A program made the translations under genes and the position numbers. The notes under the pieces were generated by a model. It did not search any database and was not told where the DNA came from. It worked only from the letters and a program-made list of their open reading frames with translations. Shown here piece after piece: positions 1 to 9,947 of a stretch of DNA of 64,000 nt. The stretch is from Acidimicrobiales bacterium (lineage in GTDB: Bacteria > Actinomycetota > Acidimicrobiia > Acidimicrobiales > Salinilacustritrichaceae): assembly GCA_041618235.1 (NCBI GenBank), contig JBFJNI010000003.1, positions 7,253-71,252 on the forward strand. Reading direction: 5' to 3'. The first letter of the stretch is position 1, and the number at the start of each line of letters is the position of its first letter.

Positions 1-527
1 AGGTAGTGGGTCCACTCGTAGTACGCCAACATGCTGAAGCCGCAGGCGATGGCCATCGAAGCCTGCGCGGGGTCGAGCCGCCAGATCGCCAGCGCGATCG
101 CGATCGGCGCGGCCGGGAACAGCGCCTGGAACGGCACCATCACGATGCGCAGGTCCCTGGGGTTGCGGTGGTGCAGGCGGTGCTTGCGCGCCGTGACCGG
201 ATCGATGGTGAAGCGACCGATCTTGGTCGGCTTGCGATGGAGCATGCGGACGTGGATCAGCCACTCGACGAACGGTTCGAGGGCGATGATGATCGCGGGG
301 ATGGCGAGGTCCCACCATCCCCACCGCCCGATGAACAAGCGGGCGACGACGGCCGTCAGCGCGGTGCTCCCGATGATGAGCGGCGAGGGCTTGCGCAGGA
401 AGAAGGCGATGAGCTCGCCCAGCGACGCGCCCGCCTGCGGCTGGTCGGTCGGAACGGGCGCGACGTCGGTCTCCTGGCCGTCGAGCAGCGTGTCGGCCCC
501 CCGACCTCGTGGTGTGGCGTCACTCAT
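1..527 (-). CDS. Fatty acid hydroxylase / sterol desaturase family membrane protein (3' end runs off the window)
   Basis: Not in the ORF track because it is truncated. Manual translation from ATG 527 gives ...EWLIHVRMLH...KHRLHHRNP...YYEWTHY, i.e. His boxes plus hydrophobic segments. Confidence 0.8.
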   Translation of the reverse strand, partial: MSDATPRGRGADTLLDGQETDVAPVPTDQPQAGASLGELIAFFLRKPSPLIIGSTALTAVVARLFIGRWGWWDLAIPAIIIALEPFVEWLIHVRMLHRKPTKIGRFTIDPVTARKHRLHHRNPRDLRIVMVPFQALFPAAPIAIALAIWRLDPAQASMAIACGFSMLAYYEWTHY

Positions 528-613
528 ACGTACCGACGGTAACCCAGCGGGCTGGGGATGTCCCAGCTCCGTCGGGCTGGCGTCGTCGTGTGCGGGCCAA
601 CAGGATGTGCGCC

Positions 614-1267
614 ATGCATGTCTCCGACGCCGTCGTCGCTCGCCGATCCATCCGTGCCTTCCTCCCCGACCCGGTGTCGGACGACACGATCCGCGAGTTG
701 CTCGAGAAGGCCTCGCGGGCACCGTCGGGCGGCAATGTCCAGCCGTGGCGGATCTACGTCGTCAACGGCGACTCGATGACGCGGCTGCGCGAGTTCCTCG
801 CCGATCAGCCGCCGTTCGAGGAGCCGGCCTACGACATCTACCCGCCCGAGCTGTGGGAGCCGTACCGCACCAACCGCTTCACCGTGGGCGAGCAGATGTA
901 CGCCACCCTCGGCATCGAGCGAGCGGACAAGGCCGGGCGGCTGACGCAGTTCGCCCGCAACGGCGAGTTCTTCGGAGCGCCAGCGGCGCTGTTCTGCTTC
1001 GTCGACAAGGGAATGGGGAAGCCGCAGTGGAGTGACCTGGGGATGTTCCTGCAGACGTTCATGCTGCTGGCGCAGGAGGCGGGGCTCGACACCTGCGCGC
1101 AGGAGTACTGGGCGGCACGTCCCCGGGCGATATCGGAGTTCGTCGGTGCCCCGGAGGACGAGATGATCTTCTGCGGCATGTCCATCGGGAGAGCCGACCC
1201 CGATGCGCCGATCAACTCGCTGGTGTCCGAGCGCATGCCGCTGGACGAGTGGGCGAGGTTCGTCTGA
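614..1267 (+). CDS. Nitroreductase family protein
   Basis: RRSIRAF, APSGGNVQPW and GLDTCAQ motifs. Start placed at ATG 614, within ORF 509..1267. Confidence 0.9.
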   Translation: MHVSDAVVARRSIRAFLPDPVSDDTIRELLEKASRAPSGGNVQPWRIYVVNGDSMTRLREFLADQPPFEEPAYDIYPPELWEPYRTNRFTVGEQMYATLGIERADKAGRLTQFARNGEFFGAPAALFCFVDKGMGKPQWSDLGMFLQTFMLLAQEAGLDTCAQEYWAARPRAISEFVGAPEDEMIFCGMSIGRADPDAPINSLVSERMPLDEWARFV

Positions 1268-1368
1268 CTGACCACGGGACGGGTGGGTAGGAACAACCCG
1301 TTCGACGGGTTCCGTCGGACTCGTCCGGCGGGCAGATCAGCTGCCCTGCCCTGACCTCGGAGTGTTCA

Positions 1369-1626
1369 ATGATCGGTTTCATCGTCTTCGGACTCGTGGT
1401 GGGTGCGGTCGCCCGCCTCCTCATCCCCGGCAAGCAGAATCTCAGCCTCCTCGCCACCCTCGCCATCGGCGTCGTCGGATCCGTCGTCGGTGGCCTCGCC
1501 GCCAACGCCCTCGGCACCGGCAGCCTGTTCGAGCTCAATGTCATCGGCGCGATCGTCGCGTTCCTCGCCGCAGCCGCGCTGATCGTCGCCGTCGAGAAGA
1601 GTGGCGTCGCCGGGCGTCACGCCTGA
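1369..1626 (+). CDS. GlsB/YeaQ/YmgE (transglycosylase-associated) small membrane protein
   Basis: 85 aa, three hydrophobic segments, GLVVGAVARLLIPG and GVVGSVVGG patterns. Confidence 0.85.
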   Translation: MIGFIVFGLVVGAVARLLIPGKQNLSLLATLAIGVVGSVVGGLAANALGTGSLFELNVIGAIVAFLAAAALIVAVEKSGVAGRHA

Positions 1627-1638
1627 CGCCGGGGCCGC

Positions 1639-2646
1639 TCAGCCGGCGGCTTCCTCCTCGACCACGCCGTCGGCATGGCGGGCGAAGCGGCGTGGTTCGC
1701 GCCCGTGGGTCGGCGCGCTGTCGGCCCACGGCCACCCGCCGAACTCGGTGGCGCGGTAATCGGCGAACGCCTGGCGGATCTCGTCCTCGGTGTTCATCAC
1801 GAACGGACCGTACTGCGCCACCGGCTCGCCGATGGGCCGTCCCTGGAGCACGAGCACCTCGACCGGCGTGTCCCCGGCGACGAGTTCGACCGCCCGCGCA
1901 CCGGTGACCGCACCGGTGCTGGCGCCGATCGTGGTGTCGCCGATGGCGAGCTGGTCTCCTTCGAACAGGTACAGCGCTCGTAGCGTGTCGTCGTCGGCCG
2001 CGCGGGGGAGTGTCCACGTCGCGCCGGCATCGAGCACCACGTGCCAAATGGCGACGTCGGCCTCGGCGCGAGACGCCCAGGAGTTCGGCGGGGGCGACGG
2101 CGGGCGGTGGTCGCCCAGTGCGCCGGCGATGACCGTGACGGTGACGCCGGGAGCCTCGAGACGGGGGATGTCTCGGTCCCACAGCATGGTGAAGTACGGG
2201 TCGACCATCTTGTCGGCGGCCGGCAGGTTCAGCCAGATCTGGAACAGCTCGACCGGGTTCGGGGACTCACGGTCGAGCAAGGGGAACATCTCGGCGTGCT
2301 GGATGCCTCCTCCGGCGGTGAGCCACTGCACGTCGCCTCGGCCGTAGCGGGCTGCCGCGCCCATCGAGTCGGCGTGGTCGATGAGACCCTGGCGGACGAA
2401 GGTGACGGTCTCGAAGCCGCGGTGGGGATGCTGTGGGAAGCCGGGGACGACCGAGCCGTGGTACATCCGCCACCCGTCGACGCCCTCGAAGTCCTGGCCG
2501 ATGTTCCTCCCGGCGAGGGAGGCGTTCGGGCCGAGCAGGTCGTTGGCCTCGGGGTAGTGGTCGAGGTGGTGGACACAGAACAGGAACGGATCGATCGTGG
2601 GCCACTGGAAGCCCAGCGGAAACGTCTGGAGCACGTCGTCAGCCAT
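1639..2646 (-). CDS. Pirin family protein
   Basis: GFPQHPHRGFETVT, DHADS, AGGGIQHAEM, QIWLNLP and YGPFVMN motifs. Confidence 0.92.
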   Translation of the reverse strand: MADDVLQTFPLGFQWPTIDPFLFCVHHLDHYPEANDLLGPNASLAGRNIGQDFEGVDGWRMYHGSVVPGFPQHPHRGFETVTFVRQGLIDHADSMGAAARYGRGDVQWLTAGGGIQHAEMFPLLDRESPNPVELFQIWLNLPAADKMVDPYFTMLWDRDIPRLEAPGVTVTVIAGALGDHRPPSPPPNSWASRAEADVAIWHVVLDAGATWTLPRAADDDTLRALYLFEGDQLAIGDTTIGASTGAVTGARAVELVAGDTPVEVLVLQGRPIGEPVAQYGPFVMNTEDEIRQAFADYRATEFGGWPWADSAPTHGREPRRFARHADGVVEEEAAG

Positions 2647-2682
2647 GCCGACAGGCTACGGAGATCTCCGTAGGCTGCGGCG

Positions 2683-4263
2683 GTGTCCGAGCCATGGGTC
2701 CGATTCGAGGACGAGCACCTGCTGGTGGTGTCGAAGCCCGCCGGCGTCAACACCCATCGGGCCGACGTGCACGCACAGGACGGCATGTACGAGTGGGTGC
2801 AGGCCCAGCGGCCGGCCGAGTCGCTCTCGGTCCTGCACCGGCTCGACAAGGACACCTCCGGTCTGCTGCTCTTCGGGAAGTCGCCCGAGGCGAACCGCTC
2901 CTTGACCACGCAGTTCGAGGCCAGGACGGTGGCGAAGCGATACGAGCTCCTGGTACGACGCGATGACCGTCGTGGTGCTGCACTCCGCAACGACCAGCCG
3001 ATCGAACGGACCGAACGCGGCACCACGACCGAGCTCGCGGCATCCACCGGATTCGAGCTGGCTGCCACCGGCGCACACCTCCAGCGCTATGTGGCGAGCC
3101 CGCACTCGGGGCGCACCCACCAGGTGCGGGTCCACGCCACCGGGCTCGGAATGGCGATCGCCGGTGACACCGAGTACGGCGGTGTGGCGGCGCAGCGGCT
3201 GTTTCTCCACGCGGCGAGCCTGCGCTTCGAGCATCCCGCCGGGGGGATCATGGAGCTCACGGTCGAACGACCGGCGAGCTTCGACACCGCACTCGAGTCG
3301 TCGGCATCGTGGATCGCTTCGCCGGCGTGCGCGGCGCTCGCCGCCGCCGAAGCTCGTGCCGTCCTGTTCGATCCGTCGAACACCGACGCCTTCCTGTGGA
3401 TCGATCGCCACCATGACGGCTTCCCCGACATCCGGGTCGAGCGCCTGGGCGATGTCGCCCTCGTACTCGATTACCGCGACGCCGACCGCCCACTGCCACC
3501 CGAGTGGATCGAGTCGTGGTTGCAGGTCAGCGACCTCCGGGCGGTGTACGTGCAGCGTCGCCCCCGCGTCGGTTCGGCCGGTCCCGCCGAGCTGGCCAGC
3601 GGTGCGCCCGTCCCGGTCTTCGCCGTCACCGAGCTCGGATGTCGGTACCTCATCGACCTCGAGGCGAGTCCGACATCCAGCGGACTGTTCCTCGACCAGC
3701 GTGAGACCCGCCGACGCCTGCTGCGCGCCGATCTCACCGGTCGGACGTTGCTGAACACCTTCGCCCACACCGGCTCGCTCTCGGTCGCCGCCGCACTTGC
3801 CGGGGCCGAGACGCTGACGCTCGATCTGAGTCCGCGCTATCTCGACTGGGCGCGTGCCAACCTGAGCGAGAACGGCATCGACGTCGACGACCACGACTTC
3901 ATCTATGGCGACGCGCTCGATTGGATGGCCCGGTTGGCGAAGAAGGGGCGGGCGTTCGACCTGGTCCTGGTCGACCCCCCGAGCTCGAGCACGACGCGCA
4001 AGGGCGGGAAGCGGTGGACGGTCGAGCGCGACCTCCACGAACTCGTCGAGCGCGCCGCCGAGCTCTGCGCCCCTGGTGGCTCGCTCTACGTGTCGACCAA
4101 CCTCCGGAAGATGAAGTGGCCCAAGTTCCTCGACCACCTCGACCGTGGTCTGCGCACCTCCGGTCGTGCGGGTCGGATCGAGACGCAGACGTTGCCGCTC
4201 GACCATCGCTCCGGGCCCGGCGACCCGCCCTACCTCAAGGCGGCCTGGGTCACGCTCGACTGA
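2683..4263 (+). CDS. Fused RluA-family pseudouridine synthase + RlmI/RlmK-like class I SAM rRNA methyltransferase
   Basis: N-terminal HRLDKDTSG, GRTHQVRVH, GDTEYG and LFLHA. C-terminal SGLFLDQR, LNTFAHTG and LVDPPS. Confidence 0.85.
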   Translation: MSEPWVRFEDEHLLVVSKPAGVNTHRADVHAQDGMYEWVQAQRPAESLSVLHRLDKDTSGLLLFGKSPEANRSLTTQFEARTVAKRYELLVRRDDRRGAALRNDQPIERTERGTTTELAASTGFELAATGAHLQRYVASPHSGRTHQVRVHATGLGMAIAGDTEYGGVAAQRLFLHAASLRFEHPAGGIMELTVERPASFDTALESSASWIASPACAALAAAEARAVLFDPSNTDAFLWIDRHHDGFPDIRVERLGDVALVLDYRDADRPLPPEWIESWLQVSDLRAVYVQRRPRVGSAGPAELASGAPVPVFAVTELGCRYLIDLEASPTSSGLFLDQRETRRRLLRADLTGRTLLNTFAHTGSLSVAAALAGAETLTLDLSPRYLDWARANLSENGIDVDDHDFIYGDALDWMARLAKKGRAFDLVLVDPPSSSTTRKGGKRWTVERDLHELVERAAELCAPGGSLYVSTNLRKMKWPKFLDHLDRGLRTSGRAGRIETQTLPLDHRSGPGDPPYLKAAWVTLD

Positions 4264-4308
4264 CGGCCACCGGTCCCATCGACGCCAGCCAGGGATACCG
4301 TGCCCGCG

Positions 4309-4755
4309 ATGGGAGCCCTCGACATCATCGGTGACCGCGACGGATGGCGGTGCTGGCTGTGCGACGAGCCGGTCGACCCCGAGATGTCGGTGAACGATCC
4401 GCGCGGTCCCAGCATCGACCAGCGCGTCACGAAGGCCAAGGCGAAGAAGAAGGCGGCACCGGTCGCCGAGCGTCTCGCGCATCGGGGATGCAACACCGGC
4501 AAGGGCGCAACCGCACCCGAGGTGCCGTGGCCCGACGAGCTGTTCGTGGTCGATCCGGCGCCCATCATCGCCTGCGTCGACCGACTCGACCGCAAGGGGG
4601 GTCGCGAGATCATGGCGCGCTGCCCGACCGAAGACGACGCAACTGCGGCGGCGTCGTGGTTGGCCGACCGGGTCTCCCGCCTCGAACCCGGTCTGGAAGC
4701 GACCACCGAGGTCGAGTCGGGCGGCGGGCAGTACCTCGTGGTGCTGCGGGCCTGA
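4309..4755 (+). CDS. Degenerate HNH-like zinc-binding protein
   Basis: WRCWLC...SIDQ...LAHRGCNTGKG. Confidence 0.6.
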   Translation: MGALDIIGDRDGWRCWLCDEPVDPEMSVNDPRGPSIDQRVTKAKAKKKAAPVAERLAHRGCNTGKGATAPEVPWPDELFVVDPAPIIACVDRLDRKGGREIMARCPTEDDATAAASWLADRVSRLEPGLEATTEVESGGGQYLVVLRA

Positions 4756-4769
4756 CCTAGCGTGCGGCG

Positions 4770-5189
4770 GTGCCTGAACCAGGGAGCTCACGGTGCCCGT
4801 GTGGAGCGGGCCGCACGCTCGATGCGTGCTGTGGACGATTCCACGACGGCGCGGCGCCGCCGACAGCGGTGGACCTCATGTGCGCCCGGTACGCCGCCTA
4901 CGTCGTGGGCGACGTGGACTTCCTGCTCCGCACGTGGGACCCGACAACGCGTCCGGACCGCCTTGCCATCGACGACGCACGGGTGTGGCTCGGGCTCGAG
5001 GTCCTCGGGACGGACGCCGGCACGATGTTCGACCAGGAGGGGACGGTGACCTTCGCCGCGACCTTCTCGGCCGGGCCGACGGCGATGCAGCTCCGGGAAC
5101 GGAGTCGGTTCCACCGGGTGGATGGGAGATGGGTCTACGTGGACGCCGAGCTCGCCGAGCTGGTCGACGTCGATGAGGAGAGAGCGTGA
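4770..5189 (+). CDS. YchJ family protein (SEC-C motif + NTF2-like)
   Basis: CPCG...CC, LMCARYAAY, WLGLEV and ERSRF...WVYVD. Confidence 0.85.
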   Translation: MPEPGSSRCPCGAGRTLDACCGRFHDGAAPPTAVDLMCARYAAYVVGDVDFLLRTWDPTTRPDRLAIDDARVWLGLEVLGTDAGTMFDQEGTVTFAATFSAGPTAMQLRERSRFHRVDGRWVYVDAELAELVDVDEERA

Positions 5190-5240
5190 GCCCGGAGGGT
5201 CGTCGAGCGGTGCGGTGCGTCGTGCCTACTCTGATCGCGC

Positions 5241-5957
<717 letters not shown>

Positions 5958-7201
5958 CCGCCCTCGCAGCAGGCGTTCGCCGCCGACGACGGTCACGAGG
6001 GCGGTCATGGTGAGCAATTGGGCGTCGACGATCGCACCGATCGACGACGCCGACAGCACCAGCGCCAGGGTCTGGGCGCCGGCGCCCGCGGCGATGAGCT
6101 TCGGCCCGGTGGATCGGCCTCGTGCGAGGTCGAGGCTCCCCAGGAGATTGGCGACGGTGAACGCCGTGGTCGCCAGCGCGTAGCGCCACAACAGGTGTGC
6201 TGCCTCGCCGTAGCCGGGGCCGACGACGGACGTCAGCACCTGCTCACCCCACAGCGCGGCACCGACCGTCATGACCGATCCGGAGACGAGCACCACGGCC
6301 ACGCCGGCGGCATCCACCCGCGTCGAACCGGAGTCGCCGTCCTGCGCCGACACCGGGAACAGCACGTTGACGACCGACCACGACAGGAAGAACACGGCGC
6401 GGCCGATGAGTGCGACGGCGGAGTAGGTCGCCGCGTCGTCTGGCAGCCAGGCCTTGACGATCAGGACGTCGGCGTTGTTGATGAGGATCTGCGCGACGAG
6501 GAGCACGGCGACTGGTCGGGCGTGGCCGAGCAACGTCGCGCGGTCGGCGGGGTCGATTTCGACGTTCGCGGCCGACCGTTCGACCTGGTGGCGCCCGAGG
6601 AGCCACGTGACGGCGAACGACGCCGACAGCGCGGCGGCGACGCCGCTCGAGCCCGCTCCGATCGCGACGAGCGCGGCGGTGGCGAGCATCCGCACTCCTG
6701 CCTCGGCGAGGAAGCTGATGGCGAGCGTGGTGAAGCGCAAGTGACCCTGGAGCACGCCTCGGTCCACCGCCTGGGCGAGGTAGAAGGGCAGCCCCACTGC
6801 CAGGAGGGCGAACGGTGCGGCCGAGCTGGTGTTGAACACGTGCTGCCACAGCGGTGCGCCCGCGGTGAGCAGGAACGCGGCACCGGAGCCCACGGTCCAC
6901 GCCTGGCGCCGAAGCCATCGGATCGAAGCATCGGGACCGGACTCCGTCGGCGAGGCGGCAACCCGGCGGCTGGCCATCAGTTGGAGTGCGACTGCGCCGA
7001 CGGTGAGGAGGAGGAAGAGGGTGACGATCAGGCTGGCGTCGGCGAACGCCTGCGGCTCCAGCCATCGACCGAGGATGGCGTTGATGCCGTAGTTCGCGCC
7101 GCTGGCGACGAGCATCGCCACCGACAGGACGAGCCCACCGGTCGCCAGGGTGCTGGTCGTGGAGCTGCTGGTGCTGGTCGTGCTGGCGCTGGTCGTGCTG
7201 G

Positions 7202-7513
7202 TCATGCGCTCAGGAGCGCTGGCAGGCCGCAGTAGTCGAGCGATCGCCGGGCAGCAGGCGATGCCGGCTCCACCAGCACGAACCGAGCGCCGCCGCTCTG
7301 GACGGTGGCGGCCCCGCTGGCGATGGCGGTGACGGCGGCGACGTCGAGCTGGACGACAGACCGCAGGTCGACGGTGAGCTCGGTGACGGAGTTGCGGAGG
7401 ACACCTCGCAGCGCCGCTCGAAGCGTTGCCACGGTCGTGATGTCGAGGCGTCCGGCCAGCTCCAGGGTGACGGCGCCGGGGCCGGTGATGTGGTGGTCGA
7501 TGTCGATGGCCAT
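7202..7513 (-). CDS. STAS domain protein (lacks the canonical phospho-Ser)
   Basis: LAGRLDITT...VDLRSVVQLDVAAV. ATG at 7513; ATGA overlap with the next gene. Confidence 0.8.
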   Translation of the reverse strand: MAIDIDHHITGPGAVTLELAGRLDITTVATLRAALRGVLRNSVTELTVDLRSVVQLDVAAVTAIASGAATVQSGGARFVLVEPASPAARRSLDYCGLPALLSA

Positions 7514-7514
7514 G

Positions 7515-7817
7515 TCAGGCCGCCTCGGCGATGTCGTCGACCGGCAGGGCCTCGGTGAGACCGGCGAGCTCGAGGGTGATCCGGGCCGTCTGCGAGATGC
7601 GGCTGATGGCGAGGTCGGCGCCACGCTCGATGGCGGTGGCGCGAGCCTCGACCAGGGCGTGGAGGCCGTACGAGTCGATGAATCGGGTGCGGCCCAGGTC
7701 GAGTCGGACGTGGCCGCTCACCTGGCGCAGGTCGGCGGCGAAGCGCTCGACCTGGTGGGCGTCGAACCGGTCGGCGACGCCGATCTCGGTGGTGTGGTGG
7801 ATGTCGGGGGTGATCAT
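7515..7817 (-). CDS. STAS anti-anti-sigma factor (RsbV/SpoIIAA-like)
   Basis: LDLGRTRFIDSYGL with the conserved Ser, and LELAGL. GGAG RBS upstream of ATG 7817. Confidence 0.85.
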   Translation of the reverse strand: MITPDIHHTTEIGVADRFDAHQVERFAADLRQVSGHVRLDLGRTRFIDSYGLHALVEARATAIERGADLAISRISQTARITLELAGLTEALPVDDIAEAA

Positions 7818-7884
7818 CTCGGCTCCTTGGTGGTTGGTGCTTCCAGCATCGATGGCTGGCTTCAAGTGATCGGGCGGGCTTCGG

Positions 7885-7900
7885 TGAAGAAACGGTCAAG
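7885..7900 (-). promoter_or_regulatory. Putative direct-repeat operator CTTGA-N6-CTTCA upstream of the STAS genes
   Basis: + strand TGAAG (7885) and TCAAG (7896), 11-bp spacing. Confidence 0.4.
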
Positions 7901-7906
7901 CCGTCT

Positions 7907-9844
7907 TCACGCCGCCGCCCGCAGGTGCAGGAGGTGCAGGTCGGCGACCTCACCGATGGGCAGACCGGCTGCTGCGGCAGCGTTCTGCGTGGCGATCACC
8001 GTGCGACGGGCAGGGTCGACGAGCAGCCGCTCGATGGCGTCCTTGAGGCTGTCGACGTCGCCGGGCGTGAACGGCTCGCCGGCGTAGCCCTCCTCGGCGA
8101 TCACGTCGAGGAAGTCGCCGATCGCCGGCAGGATCGCCGCTCGGCCGTGCTCGCCCGCCTGGTGCAACGGGCCCGAGCTCCCGGTCGTGCCGGTGTAGGG
8201 GAAGACGACGGCCGTGGCCGAGCGGAACAGGCCGGCGACGTCGTCCTCGGCCACGTACCCGGTGAAGGACAGCCCGGGCAGGTCCTGGTTGGCCTCGGCC
8301 ACCCCGGCCAGGTAGCCGGGGCAGTTCGGGCTGTCCGTGCCGGCGATCACCAGCTCGAGGTCGTACCCGGCCTCGACGAGCAGGCGATGCGCCGCAACGA
8401 GGTCTTCGACCTTCTTGTAGGTGCCGAACTTCCCGAAGGCCAGGAGTCGAGGTCGGTCGGGCACCGTGGTCGGGGCCGGCTCGGCCTCGCCGAAGGAGCC
8501 GTGTGGAGCGAGGTAGACGTTGGTGGCGCCGTAACGCTCACGCAGGATGTCGACGTAGGCGGGGATGGTGACGGCGACGCGGTGGGCGAGCAGCACGGTC
8601 CGCGTGAGCAGGCGGCCGATGCCGGTGAGGACCTTGGCGACGAATCGGTTCGAGGTGAATCCGGCAGCATCGAGATCGACGGTGTCCACGAGGTTGTGGA
8701 GCAAGACCACGGTCGGCGTGCCCGTGAGCCGCAGGAGGGCGGGCGTCAGCAGACCCAGCGCGGCCGGGACCTTGCCGGCGCCGAACGAGGCGAACTGGAT
8801 GTTGAAGAGCACGACGTCCGGCCGGTGGCGACGGACGGCCAGGAGCAGCCGGATCGGGTTGGCGACCGAGTCGAAGCTCCAGCAGCGGTCGACCGTCGCG
8901 CCGAGCGGGGCGGGCACGTCGTCGACCGAGTCGTCGCAGAGCACGACCACGTCCTGGACGTCGGACTTCCGAGTGAGCTGGCGGACCAGGTGGTAGCCGT
9001 ACTCGTTGAGCGTCAGCTTCGACGGGGGCAGGGGTGTGACCACCGCCAGGCGGATGCCGACCCGGGGCTCGTCGCCGGCGACTCGGAGCGGCCGGAGGCT
9101 GCGATGGCGGCGGCGGATGCGCACCATGTCGACCAGGAAGTTGAGGGCCTCCCGGGCGGGGTCGACCTTCGAGCCGGGTGCGTCGACCCAGTGAACGGGG
9201 ACCTCGACGACCTCGAGCCCGATGCGGTTGGCGACCCACAGCAGCTCGAGGTCGAACGAGAACCCTTCGATGGTCTGTGCATCGACCAGCCGGGCGGCGG
9301 CCTCAGCGGTGAACAGCTTGAACCCACACTGTGAGTCCTCGATCCCCACGGGGAACAGCACGCGGACGAGGAGGCGGAACACGGTGCTGACGAGTTGCCG
9401 GACGGTGGAGCGGCTGGCCTCTTCGGCACCATCGGCGCCGCGGGAGCCGATGGCGATGTCGGCACCGTCGTCGATCGTGGCGATCAAGCGGTCGAGCTCC
9501 TCGATGGGGGTGGAGAGGTCGGCGTCACTGAACAGGACGAGACGGCCTCGTGCGGCCCGGAGGCCGGAGCGGACGGCGTTGCCCTTCCCGCGGTTCTCGT
9601 CGGCCACGATCAGCTCGACGTTGGCGAAGTCGAGGTCGGCGACGATGTCGGGGGTGCCGTCGGTCGAGCCGTCGTCGCTCACGATGAGCTCCCACGGCAT
9701 CCCGAGATCGCTCACGTGGGAGGCGATCGCCGCGATGGTCGGCACGATGCGCTGTGCCTCGTTGTACGTGGGGATCACGACGCTGAGCTCGGGGCGCTCG
9801 GACAGGGGGTGCTGCTTCCAGCGGAGGTAGTTCTCGTAAGCCAT
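7907..9844 (-). CDS. Bifunctional glycosyltransferase: GT2 (polyprenyl/dolichyl-phosphate sugar synthase-like) + GT4
   Basis: VVIPTYNE, SDDGSTDGT, SDADLS, DSQCGFKLF and FDLEL; then AFGKFGTYK, VVFPY and SSGPLH. Confidence 0.9.
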   Translation of the reverse strand: MAYENYLRWKQHPLSERPELSVVIPTYNEAQRIVPTIAAIASHVSDLGMPWELIVSDDGSTDGTPDIVADLDFANVELIVADENRGKGNAVRSGLRAARGRLVLFSDADLSTPIEELDRLIATIDDGADIAIGSRGADGAEEASRSTVRQLVSTVFRLLVRVLFPVGIEDSQCGFKLFTAEAAARLVDAQTIEGFSFDLELLWVANRIGLEVVEVPVHWVDAPGSKVDPAREALNFLVDMVRIRRRHRSLRPLRVAGDEPRVGIRLAVVTPLPPSKLTLNEYGYHLVRQLTRKSDVQDVVVLCDDSVDDVPAPLGATVDRCWSFDSVANPIRLLLAVRRHRPDVVLFNIQFASFGAGKVPAALGLLTPALLRLTGTPTVVLLHNLVDTVDLDAAGFTSNRFVAKVLTGIGRLLTRTVLLAHRVAVTIPAYVDILRERYGATNVYLAPHGSFGEAEPAPTTVPDRPRLLAFGKFGTYKKVEDLVAAHRLLVEAGYDLELVIAGTDSPNCPGYLAGVAEANQDLPGLSFTGYVAEDDVAGLFRSATAVVFPYTGTTGSSGPLHQAGEHGRAAILPAIGDFLDVIAEEGYAGEPFTPGDVDSLKDAIERLLVDPARRTVIATQNAAAAAGLPIGEVADLHLLHLRAAA

Positions 9845-9921
9845 GCACCGAAGCTACGAACGGCGTTTCAAGGCCCTCGCGGGGTCAGGTCAGGCTCTGT
9901 CGAGGATCGCGTGAACCCGCG

Positions 9922-9937
9922 ATTGACGTGCGCTTGA
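9922..9937. promoter_or_regulatory. Putative direct-repeat operator ATTGA-N6-CTTGA upstream of the GT2-GT4 gene
   Basis: ATTGA at 9922 and CTTGA at 9933 (11-bp spacing); a further TCAAG at 9868. Confidence 0.4.
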
Positions 9938-9947
9938 GGTTCGCCGG

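Noticed and set aside
533-590. Nested inverted repeats in the first intergenic region, and overlapping hairpins near 1296-1321
   Set aside because: Short GC-rich stems with no second copy in the window; cannot be separated from chance or ordinary terminators.
31-1035. 334-aa + strand ORF
   Set aside because: It is antisense to the desaturase-like gene and out of frame with the nitroreductase.
4309-4755. Homing endonuclease or mobile element
   Set aside because: The catalytic His is absent, and there is no intron, terminal repeat or transposase context.
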